DNA of 64,000 bases from a virus, in IMG/VR virus record IMGVR_UViG_3300020595_003017, positions 1 to 64,000 of that record; one strand, written 5' to 3'. The position numbers and the translations under genes are program-made. Numbering within the stretch: the stretch's first letter is position 1; the number at the start of each line of letters is the position of its first letter. Under the pieces are notes generated by a model, which did not search any database, was not told where the DNA came from, and worked only from the letters and a program-made list of their open reading frames with translations. Below, piece after piece: positions 17,965-28,462 of this stretch.

Positions 17965-18945
17965 ATGTCAAATATGTTAGAACAGGCAATTGTAGATGCA
18001 CAATCACTGCGTGAAGCTGCCATTAAAAACGCTGAATCTGAAATTGTTGAAAAGTATTCTGATGAAGTCAGAGAAGCTGTAACAAAACTTCTAGAACAAG
18101 ACGACGAATTAGATCTAGGTCTTGATGATGAAGAGCAGGTTGATAGCACTGCTATGGAGCAAGTGCCAATGGCTCATGTTTCTGATGGCGCAGAGGACAT
18201 CGTTGAGGTTGATCTTGATGACATCATTGCAGCCGCCCAGGATGATAACGACGATGAAGAGTTCGAAATGGGTAGGGAAGAAATTGCTGACGAAATTGGT
18301 ATTGATCTTACTGCTGATGAGCCCGGTAATCGGGATGATGAAGATTTGGCCATCGATGAAGGTGATTTAGTTGACCTCTTCAAAGAGCTTTTGGTTTTAG
18401 ACGTTCCTGAGAAAGCTGTTGAAGATTCGATGGAAGAGATTTCTAGAGACGAAGTTGAAGCAGACGAAGAGGAAGTGTCGCAAGATACTAACGTTAGCAT
18501 CGAACGTGTCGAGGGCATGGAAAAAGAGGATTCTGAAGAATACTTGAAAACCAAAGAAAAAAATGAAAGCCTTAATAGAGAAAATAAAAACCTTAAAGAT
18601 CTTCTGGAAAGCCTCAAGAGCAAGCTAGAAGAACTTCATACACAAAATACAAGATTATTGTACACAAATCGTGTTTATGAGAACACCTCCTTGAATGAGC
18701 GGCAAAAAAATAAAATTGTCGAGATGGTCTCAAACGCACGATCAGTTGACGAAGCAAGAGTAATTTTTGAAACTCTTCAAAAGACAATGGCGAGCATTGC
18801 TGAAAAGACTGCTCCAAAATCGTTGTCTGAAGCGGTAACAAAAAGATCTTCGGTTGTTCTTAGCAGTCGCAGGGAAGAACCAGTTTCGCAACAAAGCCCG
18901 ACCACTGATCGATGGGCGATCTTGGCGGGATTAAAAGACAAATAA
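17965..18945 (+). CDS. Prohead core scaffold protein (T4 gp22-like)
   Basis: Very acidic, C-terminal coiled coil, directly upstream of the MCP, many LxE sites. Confidence 0.8.
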   Translation: MSNMLEQAIVDAQSLREAAIKNAESEIVEKYSDEVREAVTKLLEQDDELDLGLDDEEQVDSTAMEQVPMAHVSDGAEDIVEVDLDDIIAAAQDDNDDEEFEMGREEIADEIGIDLTADEPGNRDDEDLAIDEGDLVDLFKELLVLDVPEKAVEDSMEEISRDEVEADEEEVSQDTNVSIERVEGMEKEDSEEYLKTKEKNESLNRENKNLKDLLESLKSKLEELHTQNTRLLYTNRVYENTSLNERQKNKIVEMVSNARSVDEARVIFETLQKTMASIAEKTAPKSLSEAVTKRSSVVLSSRREEPVSQQSPTTDRWAILAGLKDK

Positions 18946-18958
18946 AGGAGATAATATA

Positions 18959-20740
18959 ATGTCTGTAATTAATACCCTTACAGAGGGAATCAGACAACGT
19001 TCGTTAGCTAACGAAGGTGAAGCTCTTCTTGGAAAGTGGGAGCGCACAGGTCTTCTAGAGGGTCTCGACGATGTAAAACGTTCGAATATGGCTCGTCTTC
19101 TAGAAAACCAGGCTGCTCAACTTCTGAGAGAGACTACCACCATGCAAGCTGGTGACGTTGAAGGATTTGCCTCAGTTGCTTTTCCAATTGTGCGTCGTGT
19201 ATTCGGCAATCTTTTGGCACAGGACCTCGTTTCGGTCCAACCGATGAGCCTCCCGAGTGGACTCATCTTTTTCATGGACTTCGTTTATAGTCCAGACGGA
19301 TTGCAAGGCCATGGCGGCGCAGTTCAAGATCCTGAGCATAGATTAGGTGCCTCAGGTGATCAGTCGATTTATGGTGGTGGAGTTGTTGGTCGCCAGTTAA
19401 CTGGTGGTATTAACCTCACTGATATCAACTCGCAAAAAGGTTTTTACGACTTAAGTAACGGATACTCTAGCCCGACAGGATCGGTTAGAGGTATTAAAGG
19501 ACTTAACGGTAAGACAACGGGTGTTCAGGCATCCGGTACATATGGTGACAGTAACTCGAAGCCAGGCAGTGAGTATTATGAAATCTTGAGAGGAGATCCT
19601 GATCTCATTTCGGGAACGTCAACATACTTCATTGGTGAAGTTGATCTGACTGGTTCGGGTGCAAACTTTGATAACCTGCAAGCCTTTGTGGTTTCCGGAA
19701 CTGATGGTGGCGGCGAACTTGGCGTCGGCGGATATCACGCTACTCGCCTTAACCAGTTCTCTGGTTCAAGCACAACGGCGGTTATTGTTGTTGGTCTTTC
19801 CCGTTTGGGTCAAAGAAGCGCAATTCAGTTGTCGTCGTCGATGATGGCTGCTGGTAATGATGGTAAAATTTTCTATCCGGTCGTTGATAGCTTTGTCGCC
19901 TCGGGCGATCCTTTCGGTGCTATTAAGGGTTCAACCACAGTCGCAGGCTGGGGACTTGAAACCGAGACGAAGATTCCTGAAATCGACATCAAGGTGGACA
20001 GCGTTGCAGTGACAGCAGTCACCAAGAAGCTGAAAGCCAAGTGGAGCCCTGAGCTTGCTCAGGATCTTAACGCTTATCACAACCTCGACGCTGAAGTTGA
20101 ATTGACAAGCGTTCTTTCGGAGCAAATTGCTCTTGAAATCGATCAAGAAATTCTTTCTGATCTTGTTAGTGGTGCCAACGGCGCAACCCTTTATTGGAGT
20201 CGCCTGCCTGGTAAGTTTGTTAACCGTGAAGACGGAAGCATTCTCGGAAGCTCGCTCTTCCCAGACTTCACCGGAACGGTTAGTGAGTGGTACGAAACAC
20301 TTCTTGAGACAATCAACGAAGTCAGTGCCCGAATCCACCGCAAGACATTGCGTGGTGGTGCCAATTTCATCGTCGTCTCGCCCGAGATGGCTAACATTCT
20401 TGAGTTTACTAGCGGATTCCGTGCTGCGGCCGCCGTTGACGAAGAGGGTGGAAATTGGGGAGTTAAGCAAGTCGGCTCGATTAGCCGCAAGATGGATATC
20501 TACGTTGATCCTTACTTCATCCGAAACGTCGTTTTGGTTGGACGCAAGGGCAACAGCTTCCTTGAAAGCGGATATGTTTATGCTCCGTATGTCCCACTGC
20601 AAGTCACGCCGACCATTTTTGGTACCGAAGACTTCGTGCCCCGCAAGGGCGTGATGACTCGCTATGCCAAGAAGATGGTTCGTCCTGACATGTATGGTCT
20701 AGTTATCTGTGTCGATCTTGTGAATGCGCTAACTGATTAG
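18959..20740 (+). CDS. Major capsid protein (T4 gp23-like) with large central insertion
   Basis: FPIVRRVFGNLLAQDLVSVQPMSLPSGLIF; KLKAKWSPELAQDLNAYHNLDAEVEL; YAPYVPL; GVMTRYAKKMV. Confidence 0.95.
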   Translation: MSVINTLTEGIRQRSLANEGEALLGKWERTGLLEGLDDVKRSNMARLLENQAAQLLRETTTMQAGDVEGFASVAFPIVRRVFGNLLAQDLVSVQPMSLPSGLIFFMDFVYSPDGLQGHGGAVQDPEHRLGASGDQSIYGGGVVGRQLTGGINLTDINSQKGFYDLSNGYSSPTGSVRGIKGLNGKTTGVQASGTYGDSNSKPGSEYYEILRGDPDLISGTSTYFIGEVDLTGSGANFDNLQAFVVSGTDGGGELGVGGYHATRLNQFSGSSTTAVIVVGLSRLGQRSAIQLSSSMMAAGNDGKIFYPVVDSFVASGDPFGAIKGSTTVAGWGLETETKIPEIDIKVDSVAVTAVTKKLKAKWSPELAQDLNAYHNLDAEVELTSVLSEQIALEIDQEILSDLVSGANGATLYWSRLPGKFVNREDGSILGSSLFPDFTGTVSEWYETLLETINEVSARIHRKTLRGGANFIVVSPEMANILEFTSGFRAAAAVDEEGGNWGVKQVGSISRKMDIYVDPYFIRNVVLVGRKGNSFLESGYVYAPYVPLQVTPTIFGTEDFVPRKGVMTRYAKKMVRPDMYGLVICVDLVNALTD

Positions 20741-20770
20741 TAATTCACCTGGATTGAATAATAACTGAGG

Positions 20771-20801
20771 GAACCCCGTCCATGTGGCGGGGTTTTCTTT
20801 T
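20771..20801 (+). terminator. Rho-independent terminator after the MCP
   Basis: AACCCCGTC-catgt-GGCGGGGTT stem followed by TTCTTTT. Confidence 0.8.
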
Positions 20802-20856
20802 ATTATTTGCAAAACCAAAAACTACTTATAAAGTAAACCTATGAGGTAACTTTTTC

Positions 20857-22116
20857 ATGCCAACAAATTTACAACCACAAAGCACAGTAAGCTCAGTTGT
20901 ACTACCGTCTACCGGATCTCACTCTGAGGTCGCTGATTTTTTAGCTTATGGCATCTATACCACTTCTTCTTTTATCAGTGGTGCCGTGGATCAGGTTGCA
21001 TATACCTTTAATAAATTGGGCGGAAACGTCCTAGACTTAGAAATATCGACAAGAAACGTCTACAACGCATATGAAGAGGCGTGCTTAGAATATTCCTACC
21101 TGATAAACACCCATCAGGCCAAAAATGTATTATCTGATTTGATGGGTAATACAACTGGAACATTTAATCAAGATGGTGAGTTTGTTGATTTTGACAAAGG
21201 CGTTAACGAAAAGCCAAATTTAAAATTCCCACGATTCCAGTTAGGCTATGCTGCGCACATAGGTAAGGGAGGTTCGGTTCATGCCGGACTAGGATCAACA
21301 CAAAGAATATTCTCTGCTTCTATCACTCCAATCAAAGATCAGCAAGAATATGACCTGCAAGCAATAATATTTAGCGCCTCTGTTGACAACTCAGCCGACG
21401 GGGCTGCTTTCACAGGTTCAGTCGGAACAAGTAGAATAAATATCTCTAAAGTGTACTATCAAACACCTGCCGCCGCTTGGAGGTTTTTTGGTGGTAATGC
21501 GATTCAGACTGTTGGCAACTTATCAACGTATGGATCTTACGCAGACGATAGCACGTTTGAAATTGTACCAAGTTGGCAAAATAGATTGCAAGCAATAAAT
21601 TATGAGGATAACCTCAGGGTTAGGGCTTCTCATTATTCGTATGAAATCAATGATAATCGTTTAAAGTTGTTTCCCATACCGAATGGAGAAAGCCCAGAAA
21701 AGTTTTGGGTAGAGTTTAGAACAGGTGAAGATGCTTACGACGAACAAGCTGACAGAACATACGGTGCCTCCGGGGTAAACAATATGAATGCTTTACCATT
21801 TCCAAATGTTCCCTATGTTAATATTAATAGCATTGGTAAGCAATGGATTCGTAGGTATGCCCTTTCTTTAACAAAGGAAATACTAGGACAAGTTAGATCT
21901 AAAATAGGTACAATACCAATCCCAGGAAATGACATAACCTTAAATGGTCCTGCTTTAGTGAGCGAGGCCAAGACAGAACAAAATGAACTAAGGGATGAAC
22001 TTAAGACAGTATTAGACGAGTTGGTATATGGAAAACTAGCTGAAGGTGATGCACAACTTCAACAGAATGTTGAGACAGTTATGGCTTCAATACCTTATGG
22101 CATATATGTGGGATAA
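20857..22116 (+). CDS. Neck protein (T4 gp13-like)
   Basis: Position after the MCP; KQWIRRYALSLTKEILGQVRSK...LNG motif. Confidence 0.75.
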   Translation: MPTNLQPQSTVSSVVLPSTGSHSEVADFLAYGIYTTSSFISGAVDQVAYTFNKLGGNVLDLEISTRNVYNAYEEACLEYSYLINTHQAKNVLSDLMGNTTGTFNQDGEFVDFDKGVNEKPNLKFPRFQLGYAAHIGKGGSVHAGLGSTQRIFSASITPIKDQQEYDLQAIIFSASVDNSADGAAFTGSVGTSRINISKVYYQTPAAAWRFFGGNAIQTVGNLSTYGSYADDSTFEIVPSWQNRLQAINYEDNLRVRASHYSYEINDNRLKLFPIPNGESPEKFWVEFRTGEDAYDEQADRTYGASGVNNMNALPFPNVPYVNINSIGKQWIRRYALSLTKEILGQVRSKIGTIPIPGNDITLNGPALVSEAKTEQNELRDELKTVLDELVYGKLAEGDAQLQQNVETVMASIPYGIYVG

Positions 22117-22120
22117 GTAA

Positions 22121-22624
22121 ATGGCATCTAACAAATGGACACAGCCCGCACAGCCGCCACCGCCGCTTTTTGTCGGGCAAGCTGAAAGAAACTTCGTTAA
22201 ACAAATTAACGATGAAGTCATTGAGAAGGTTGTTGGACAACAGGTATTATACTTTCCAATAGATATTGAGAGGTCAAAGTACCATACGTTGTACGGCGAG
22301 GCACTTAATAAAACTTTCTTACCACCTGTAAGAGCATATGCTTTGGTAGAGTATCTTGGGTCTACTAGAACTCAAACCGAAATAGGTTTTGATAATGTTT
22401 ATAATATTAGTGTTCATTTCCACAAGAGAAGACTGACAGCGGATCAAAACCTATTTGTTAGACTTGGAGACTTTGTTCAGTACGATCAATTGTATTTTGA
22501 AATAGTTGATGTTTTTGAGCCTAGGTATTTGTTTGGTCAGGATAGCGATTTTGCTGACGGAACCTCGTTGGAGGTGACAGCGATAGGAAGAGAGGCAAGG
22601 GAGGGATTATTCGATGCCAACTAG
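22121..22624 (+). CDS. Neck/head-closure protein (T4 gp14-like)
   Basis: Synteny; GQQVLYFPID...LYGEA; GDFVQY. Confidence 0.7.
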   Translation: MASNKWTQPAQPPPPLFVGQAERNFVKQINDEVIEKVVGQQVLYFPIDIERSKYHTLYGEALNKTFLPPVRAYALVEYLGSTRTQTEIGFDNVYNISVHFHKRRLTADQNLFVRLGDFVQYDQLYFEIVDVFEPRYLFGQDSDFADGTSLEVTAIGREAREGLFDAN

Positions 22625-23495
22625 GACACCACAACAAACCCAGCTATCAGCGTCTTACCCTCTGGCATCTTCAAACATTGAAACAATTGATTATGCTTTG
22701 TACAACTTTGTCAACGATAATTTAAACATATACTGCGAAACGAACAAGGGTTCACAAAAAGTCCCGGTTCTGTTTCAAACTCCTGAAAGAGCCTTCCAAA
22801 TTAAGAATGAACCAACCCTGAGGAAGGACAATGGTCGCACTATTAGTTTACCTCTCATTACTGTAAAAAGAACAGCGATGAATAAGAACCCTGCGAACAA
22901 GGGTCGATATGGGGTCTATATACCACCATACTTTGATTTTTATAACAAAGGCGGATCGCTCGAAATAGCAAGAAAGGTTCAGCAAGATAAAACTAAAAAT
23001 TTTGCAAACTCCAACGCCATAAAAAAGTCGTCAGGCGGTGACAACGTTAATAGGCAAACGTTTCCGGGAGAAAATAAAAATGTGGTCTATGAATCCATAT
23101 CAATTCCGTACCCAACCTTCATTGAGGTAACCTATGAAGTAAAATTATTCTCCGAGTATCAGCAACAGATGAATGAGATGATGGAAACAATGTCAACTTT
23201 CACAGGATCACCCAGCAGATTTAAGATTGAGCACGGTGGCAACAGCTATGAGGCACTTTTGGACCCGTCTTACGCTGTAGCTAATAATTTTGACTTGGGA
23301 ACCGAGGAAAGAAGGTTCGAAACCACTTTGACAACGACTGTTTTGGGGTATTTGATTGGTGCTGGGAAAAACCAAAAGACTCCAAACGTTGTTATTAGAC
23401 AATCGGCGGCCAAAATCCAAATACAAAGGGAAAGAACAATTGTTGGCGATGTTCCAGAGTTCAGAATAGACAACAAAGACAAATATAGACCATAA
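22614..23495 (+). CDS. Tail terminator / sheath stabiliser (T4 gp15-like)
   Basis: Synteny; VPVLFQTPER and LPLITVKR motifs. Confidence 0.65.
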   Translation: MPTRTPQQTQLSASYPLASSNIETIDYALYNFVNDNLNIYCETNKGSQKVPVLFQTPERAFQIKNEPTLRKDNGRTISLPLITVKRTAMNKNPANKGRYGVYIPPYFDFYNKGGSLEIARKVQQDKTKNFANSNAIKKSSGGDNVNRQTFPGENKNVVYESISIPYPTFIEVTYEVKLFSEYQQQMNEMMETMSTFTGSPSRFKIEHGGNSYEALLDPSYAVANNFDLGTEERRFETTLTTTVLGYLIGAGKNQKTPNVVIRQSAAKIQIQRERTIVGDVPEFRIDNKDKYRP

Positions 23496-23537
23496 AATAC
23501 CGAACTCTTCTTTACAGGGAGTTTCGCCCTTTCCTCT

Positions 23538-23545
23538 ACTATTTA
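23538..23545 (+). promoter_or_regulatory. ACTATTTA motif upstream of the tail sheath
   Basis: Exact copy in an intergenic gap. Confidence 0.55.
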
Positions 23546-23620
23546 TTAAGAGCAATGCAGTGAGAATATAACTATCATGTTTGTTCGATTACTAGATATT
23601 ACATCAAGGAGACCTTTTTG

Positions 23621-26600
23621 ATGGCTGACGAAAGAAAGTTTAAGTTCATATCTCCAGGCGTTTTTATAGACGAAATTGACAACTCCCAATTACCTGCCGA
23701 ACCCGGTACAATTGGACCTTTGGTCATAGGAACAGCCCCCCAGGGACCAGCTATGGTTCCAGTTACAATTAATTCTTTTTCGGATTTGGTAGAGACCTTT
23801 GGAGAGCCAAATGCCGGACAGCCCGCAGAAGATGCTTTTCGAACTGGGCAGTTAAGTGCCCCAAGTTATGGGCTTTATGCTGCTCAAGCATGGCTTAGAA
23901 ACAATGCGCCCCTGACTTTTATGCGTCTTGTTGGAGAGCAGGACCCCGACGCTAACACTGCTGGTAAAGCAGGCTGGAAAGCCGGAACACTTGACGCTGA
24001 CCCAGCTAACGGCGGTGCATTTGCACTTGTAGCTTTCCCGAGTGGGGCGGTAGCCGCTGCTAATGCGCCCGCAGCAGTAGCTGTGTCGGGTGCAGTCGCA
24101 GCCATCTTTTATGCTAACGAGGGTCGAGTTGTTCTTAGTGGTGCCCATGCTGGACCGACAGCCCTCGCCTCTCGTCTCGGCACAGGAAGCCTTTCGACGC
24201 TAATAGAGACGGATGCTAAAGGTCGATTCCATTTGGCGTTTGCACCCAATGGAACAGATTCGCTGTCTGATTATACAGCCCACGTCTCTTTAAACCCGGA
24301 TGACAGAAACTTTATTAGAAAGGTCCTGAATACAAACCCAACAGTTGTTAACTCAACAGTCACCACACAACAGACTCGAACTGCTAATCAAGGCGGTGGC
24401 TATTGGCTTGGGGAGTCCTTTGAAAGACAGCTTTTGACAATGGGCTCAGCGTCGATGGGTGTGATGAGTAATAGTATTTACGGACAGAAGCATCATTTGG
24501 CCTTATTTCCAATGAGAAGCCAAGCCTCAACTACCCAAGATCAAAATGATCACCAATACGGATCTTTAAAAGCTTCAACTGGTTGGTATATAGCACAAAA
24601 CTTGAACGACGGTGCTGATGCTACTTACCAGGCTCAAGGTCAACAAAAACTTTTTAGACTTGAGGCAAGAACTGGCGGACAATCAGCACAGAGACGTGTT
24701 AAGATTAGTATTGAAAACATTAAGGCACCCGAGGGTGAGTTTGAAAGATACGGTAGCTTCTCGGTTGTTGTTAGAAAATTAGACGATACTGATTTGAATC
24801 AAAAAATCTTAGAACGATATGATTCACTCAATCTAAACCCTGCATCGACAAATTATATTGCCAGAGTGATTGGTGATAAGTTTGTGACCTACGATACAAC
24901 CACAAAAACAAACCGTGAGTACGGTAACTTTACCAATAACTCAAAATATATTCGTGTTGCTATGGATGAGGATGTTGATAGAGGCACAACAAACGCAGAG
25001 TTCCTGCCGTTTGGTGTTTTTGGACCGCTGACCTATCGTGCTGCTCTTGTTACTAGCGGCTCGGGCGGACTTGTTGACTATGGAAAGGAACAAGCATCTT
25101 CACAGCTTAGTGGAGCCCGTGGCGGTTTTGCCACTATGCTTGACAGTAGTGATGATGGGACGTTCGGCGACCCAGGCGGATATCACGCCTCTAGCTTCGG
25201 CGGCACGGAGAATGAATTCCTTGTTTTCTACGACCAAGCTGACGCAGCCAAGATTTGTTCGAACACCATAACCTTTACAGGGTCTTTTGTCTTCCCATCG
25301 ACGCCATTACGCCGTCACCAAAACTGGGGCAGGGCTGGAGTTCCAATGAAGCAAGTTTATTGGGGCGCTTGGACTGGTATCAAGCACAGCGATCAAACTT
25401 TTGATCTTGGTGTGTTAGATACACTAACGGCCAGAGCAAGCGGACTTGAAACAGTGATATCGCCTACGACACCAAAAGATGTCGCACCATCTTTTCAGGC
25501 AAATATCGGCAACTCACCGGATCACAATGAGCCCATGATGGGTAGAGGAACAGCTAATTCCTCATCCACCGACCCACTACAACATGCTTGGGTGTTTACC
25601 CTTGATGATGTGGCGGAACACTCGGCATCTCTTGGTCTTGGTGGAGGATATGTTTACATGTCCGGTACAAGACAAGCCGGAAGTAGCATTTCGGCACTGT
25701 CTGGTGGGTACACAGGCTCCCTTAATAAAGGTCTTGATAGATTCACTACTTTGCTGCATGGCGGATTTGACGGAACTGATATTACAGAAAGAGATCCTTT
25801 CAGAAACAGTGCCACAGCCGCTGGTACAGCAGAGGTCGATAGTTCGAAGTTGCACTCCCTCAAGAGAGCAATTAATATTATCTCCGACGTTGATCAGAAT
25901 CAATACAATATTGCAACGATGCCTGGCATCACACAGCCTGACGCAACTGATTACCTTTTGGAAAAAGTTGAAGAACGTGGTGATGCATTGGCGATCATTG
26001 ACTTGGAGAAGATTTACACTCCTGATACCGAGAGCACCGCAAGTGCCTCGTCTAGAAACTCTTTCACGATAAAGCAAGCTACAGACGCTCTTAAAGCTAG
26101 AAACATTAATAATAGCTATGGCGCTGCTTACGCTCCGTGGGTGCAAATTCAGGACACCATCTCTAATAGATTGCTTTGGGTACCTCCTTCGGTTGTTGCC
26201 TTGGGCGCTCTGTCATCGAACGACAGGATTGCTGCACCTTGGTTCGCTCCGGCTGGATTCACCAGAGGCGGATTGTCTGAGGGTGCTGGAGGTATTCCGG
26301 TCCTTGATGTCACGAAGAGACTAACTTCGGACGATAGAGATGATCTGTATGAAGCAGGTATTAACCCAATCGCTAAATTCCCGGCTGAAGGAATTGTGAT
26401 CTTCGGGCAAAAGACTCTGCAACAAACAGCGTCTGCGCTTGATAGAATCAACGTAAGAAGATTGTTAGTGTTCTTGAAGAGAGAAATATCTTTCATTGCC
26501 TCAAGATTACTGTTTGCTCAGAACACCCAGGACACTTGGAACCGCTTTTTACAGCAGGCCACACCAGTGTTGGAAGGTGTTAAGTCACAGTTTGGTATTG

Positions 26601-26758
26601 ATGACTTCCGACTTATCTTGGATGAGACAACAACAACACCTGACTTAGTGGATAGAAATATTATCTACTCTAAGTTGATTGTGAAGCCAACTCGTTCCGC
26701 AGAATTCTTTGCGATCGACTTTGTTATTACGAACAGCGGTGCTTCTTTTGAGGACTAA
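23621..26758 (+). CDS. Contractile tail sheath protein (T4 gp18-like), very long
   Basis: N-terminal FISPGVFIDEIDNS; C-terminal WFAPAGFTRG, INPIAKFP, FGQKTLQ, LDRINVRRLL. Confidence 0.95.
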   Translation: MADERKFKFISPGVFIDEIDNSQLPAEPGTIGPLVIGTAPQGPAMVPVTINSFSDLVETFGEPNAGQPAEDAFRTGQLSAPSYGLYAAQAWLRNNAPLTFMRLVGEQDPDANTAGKAGWKAGTLDADPANGGAFALVAFPSGAVAAANAPAAVAVSGAVAAIFYANEGRVVLSGAHAGPTALASRLGTGSLSTLIETDAKGRFHLAFAPNGTDSLSDYTAHVSLNPDDRNFIRKVLNTNPTVVNSTVTTQQTRTANQGGGYWLGESFERQLLTMGSASMGVMSNSIYGQKHHLALFPMRSQASTTQDQNDHQYGSLKASTGWYIAQNLNDGADATYQAQGQQKLFRLEARTGGQSAQRRVKISIENIKAPEGEFERYGSFSVVVRKLDDTDLNQKILERYDSLNLNPASTNYIARVIGDKFVTYDTTTKTNREYGNFTNNSKYIRVAMDEDVDRGTTNAEFLPFGVFGPLTYRAALVTSGSGGLVDYGKEQASSQLSGARGGFATMLDSSDDGTFGDPGGYHASSFGGTENEFLVFYDQADAAKICSNTITFTGSFVFPSTPLRRHQNWGRAGVPMKQVYWGAWTGIKHSDQTFDLGVLDTLTARASGLETVISPTTPKDVAPSFQANIGNSPDHNEPMMGRGTANSSSTDPLQHAWVFTLDDVAEHSASLGLGGGYVYMSGTRQAGSSISALSGGYTGSLNKGLDRFTTLLHGGFDGTDITERDPFRNSATAAGTAEVDSSKLHSLKRAINIISDVDQNQYNIATMPGITQPDATDYLLEKVEERGDALAIIDLEKIYTPDTESTASASSRNSFTIKQATDALKARNINNSYGAAYAPWVQIQDTISNRLLWVPPSVVALGALSSNDRIAAPWFAPAGFTRGGLSEGAGGIPVLDVTKRLTSDDRDDLYEAGINPIAKFPAEGIVIFGQKTLQQTASALDRINVRRLLVFLKREISFIASRLLFAQNTQDTWNRFLQQATPVLEGVKSQFGIDDFRLILDETTTTPDLVDRNIIYSKLIVKPTRSAEFFAIDFVITNSGASFED

Positions 26759-26772
26759 AAAAGTTATAAGGA

Positions 26773-26780
26773 ACTATTTA
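26773..26780 (+). promoter_or_regulatory. ACTATTTA motif upstream of the tail tube
   Basis: Exact copy in an intergenic gap. Confidence 0.55.
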
Positions 26781-26813
26781 GGTATAGTATTTCTTTCGAG
26801 GAGAAACTAAATT

Positions 26814-27341
26814 ATGAGTGGACTTTTTTGGAGTAACGTCAATACTGATCCAAAGCGCCGTTTTAGATTTATACTTACTGCTGGCAATATTCCAATTTGG
26901 ACTATTAAAACAGTAACTAAGCCAGCCGTGACGGTAGGGGCGGTAGAACACCAGTTCCTCAACCACACTTTTAAGTATCCTGGCAGAGTGACCTGGAACA
27001 ACATTACGATGACCCTCGTAGATCCTGTTGATCCAGATTTGGCCTTTACATTCTTGGACAAACTCCGCAAGTCGGGTTATGACTATCCGACTTCTGACCG
27101 TGTTAGAGGCACGATCAACAAGAAGGACGCTGCTGGAGTTCAAGGTATCGGTGGTGTTAGTATAGCTCAAATCGACGCTGAGGGCAAAGAGATAGAAAAA
27201 TGGAAATTAACAAATCCATTTATTGTCAATATAGATTTTGGTGGTAACTTAGATTATGCTGCTGATGAAATGAATGAGATCTCCGTTGAGATTGCATATG
27301 ATTGGGCTGAGCTTGTCACAAAGGGCAAAGTAGCTAGATAA
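26814..27341 (+). CDS. Tail tube protein (T4 gp19-like)
   Basis: PKRRFRF, YPGRVTWNNITMT, LDY...ISVEIAYDWA; follows the sheath. Confidence 0.88.
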   Translation: MSGLFWSNVNTDPKRRFRFILTAGNIPIWTIKTVTKPAVTVGAVEHQFLNHTFKYPGRVTWNNITMTLVDPVDPDLAFTFLDKLRKSGYDYPTSDRVRGTINKKDAAGVQGIGGVSIAQIDAEGKEIEKWKLTNPFIVNIDFGGNLDYAADEMNEISVEIAYDWAELVTKGKVAR

Positions 27342-27401
27342 TTTTAAACAATCACTTTTTATCTGGTAGAGTATTAATAGGTTATTTAGAAAGGTTATAG
27401 A

Positions 27402-28280
27402 ATGAGTAGAAATGAAGGAAGAGTAAACCCATCTGAGGACGAGGCTCTTGAACAAGAAGAGCCGACTCCTATGAGTTATCCAACTCGCCCACCCTCGTCA
27501 GACGATTCTGGTTTTAATTGGACCAATCCGACATATTTTGTTGATTTACCGAGCAAGGGTAAGTTCTATCCTCCGTCACATCCTCTTCACGGCAAAGAGC
27601 ACGTTGAAATTAAGTATATGACCGCCAAAGAGGAGGATTATCTTACATCTCAGCCACTGCTTCGTAAAGGAATTGCGATAGATAGAGTCCTTGAGAGTGT
27701 CTTGGTTGATAAATCAATTGATTTAGACGGTCTGCTTCTTGGCGACAAGAACGCCATCATGGTTGGAGCTAGAATTACAGGCTATGGCGAAGAGTACTCT
27801 GTAAATGTTACCTGTCCTAAGTGCAAAGCTGACACAAATTACGAATTTAATTTAGAACAGATCGAAAACTGGGATTTTGAATCAAAGCTAGAGGAACTAG
27901 CTTGTGAGTTCACACCCAAGAACACTGTTCTGGTGCAGCTTCCCCTATCCAAGGTTGATGTTGAGATTAAGCTTCTTAATGGACATGATGATAAGAAATT
28001 AACGGATCAGGCAACCAAAAAAAGTAAAAAGAACTTAGACTCTAGCACCCTTACAGACCAACTGAGAGCTTTCATTGTTTCCGTTAATGGTATTGACTCG
28101 CCTTTTGCAATTGCAAACTTTGTGACTGGGATGCCTGCGAGAGATTCAAAGTTTCTAAGAAACTTGTATGTTGACATCGCCCCCAACATTGACTTAACCC
28201 AAGAATTTGAGTGTTCCAGATGCGGACACACAGCGGACATGGAGGTTCCGCTCGGCGTCAACTTTTTTTGGCCTGAGTGA
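27402..28280 (+). CDS. Baseplate-hub / tail assembly chaperone (T4 gp26-like)
   Basis: VDLPSKGKFYP, YMTAKEEDYL, LLLGDKNAI, two CxxC motifs; ends NFFWPE. Confidence 0.8.
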   Translation: MSRNEGRVNPSEDEALEQEEPTPMSYPTRPPSSDDSGFNWTNPTYFVDLPSKGKFYPPSHPLHGKEHVEIKYMTAKEEDYLTSQPLLRKGIAIDRVLESVLVDKSIDLDGLLLGDKNAIMVGARITGYGEEYSVNVTCPKCKADTNYEFNLEQIENWDFESKLEELACEFTPKNTVLVQLPLSKVDVEIKLLNGHDDKKLTDQATKKSKKNLDSSTLTDQLRAFIVSVNGIDSPFAIANFVTGMPARDSKFLRNLYVDIAPNIDLTQEFECSRCGHTADMEVPLGVNFFWPE

Positions 28281-28449
28281 AGATAATAAAGAATACATCT
28301 ACGAAGAAATATTTCAATTAGTATACTATGGTGGATGGTCTTTTAGAGAATGTTACAATCTGCCCGTGCTAATAAGGCGATGGTTCATAAACAGGTTTTC
28401 GGCAGAAAAACAAAAAGAAGCTGAAATCCGAAGCAGGGGATCATCATAA
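28261..28449 (+). CDS. Short tail-assembly ORF lacking a suitable own start; probably reached by frameshift from the gp26-like gene
   Basis: +1 frame FFGLSEDNKEYIYEEIFQLVYYGGWSFRECYNLPVLIRRWF; T7 run at 28263-28269. Confidence 0.6.
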   Translation, partial: TFFGLSEDNKEYIYEEIFQLVYYGGWSFRECYNLPVLIRRWFINRFSAEKQKEAEIRSRGSS

Positions 28450-28462
28450 AAGTTCTTAACAG

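Noticed and set aside
19931-20654. Several long alternative-frame and antisense ORFs over the MCP
   Set aside because: Expected from biased codon usage in a highly expressed gene; no motifs
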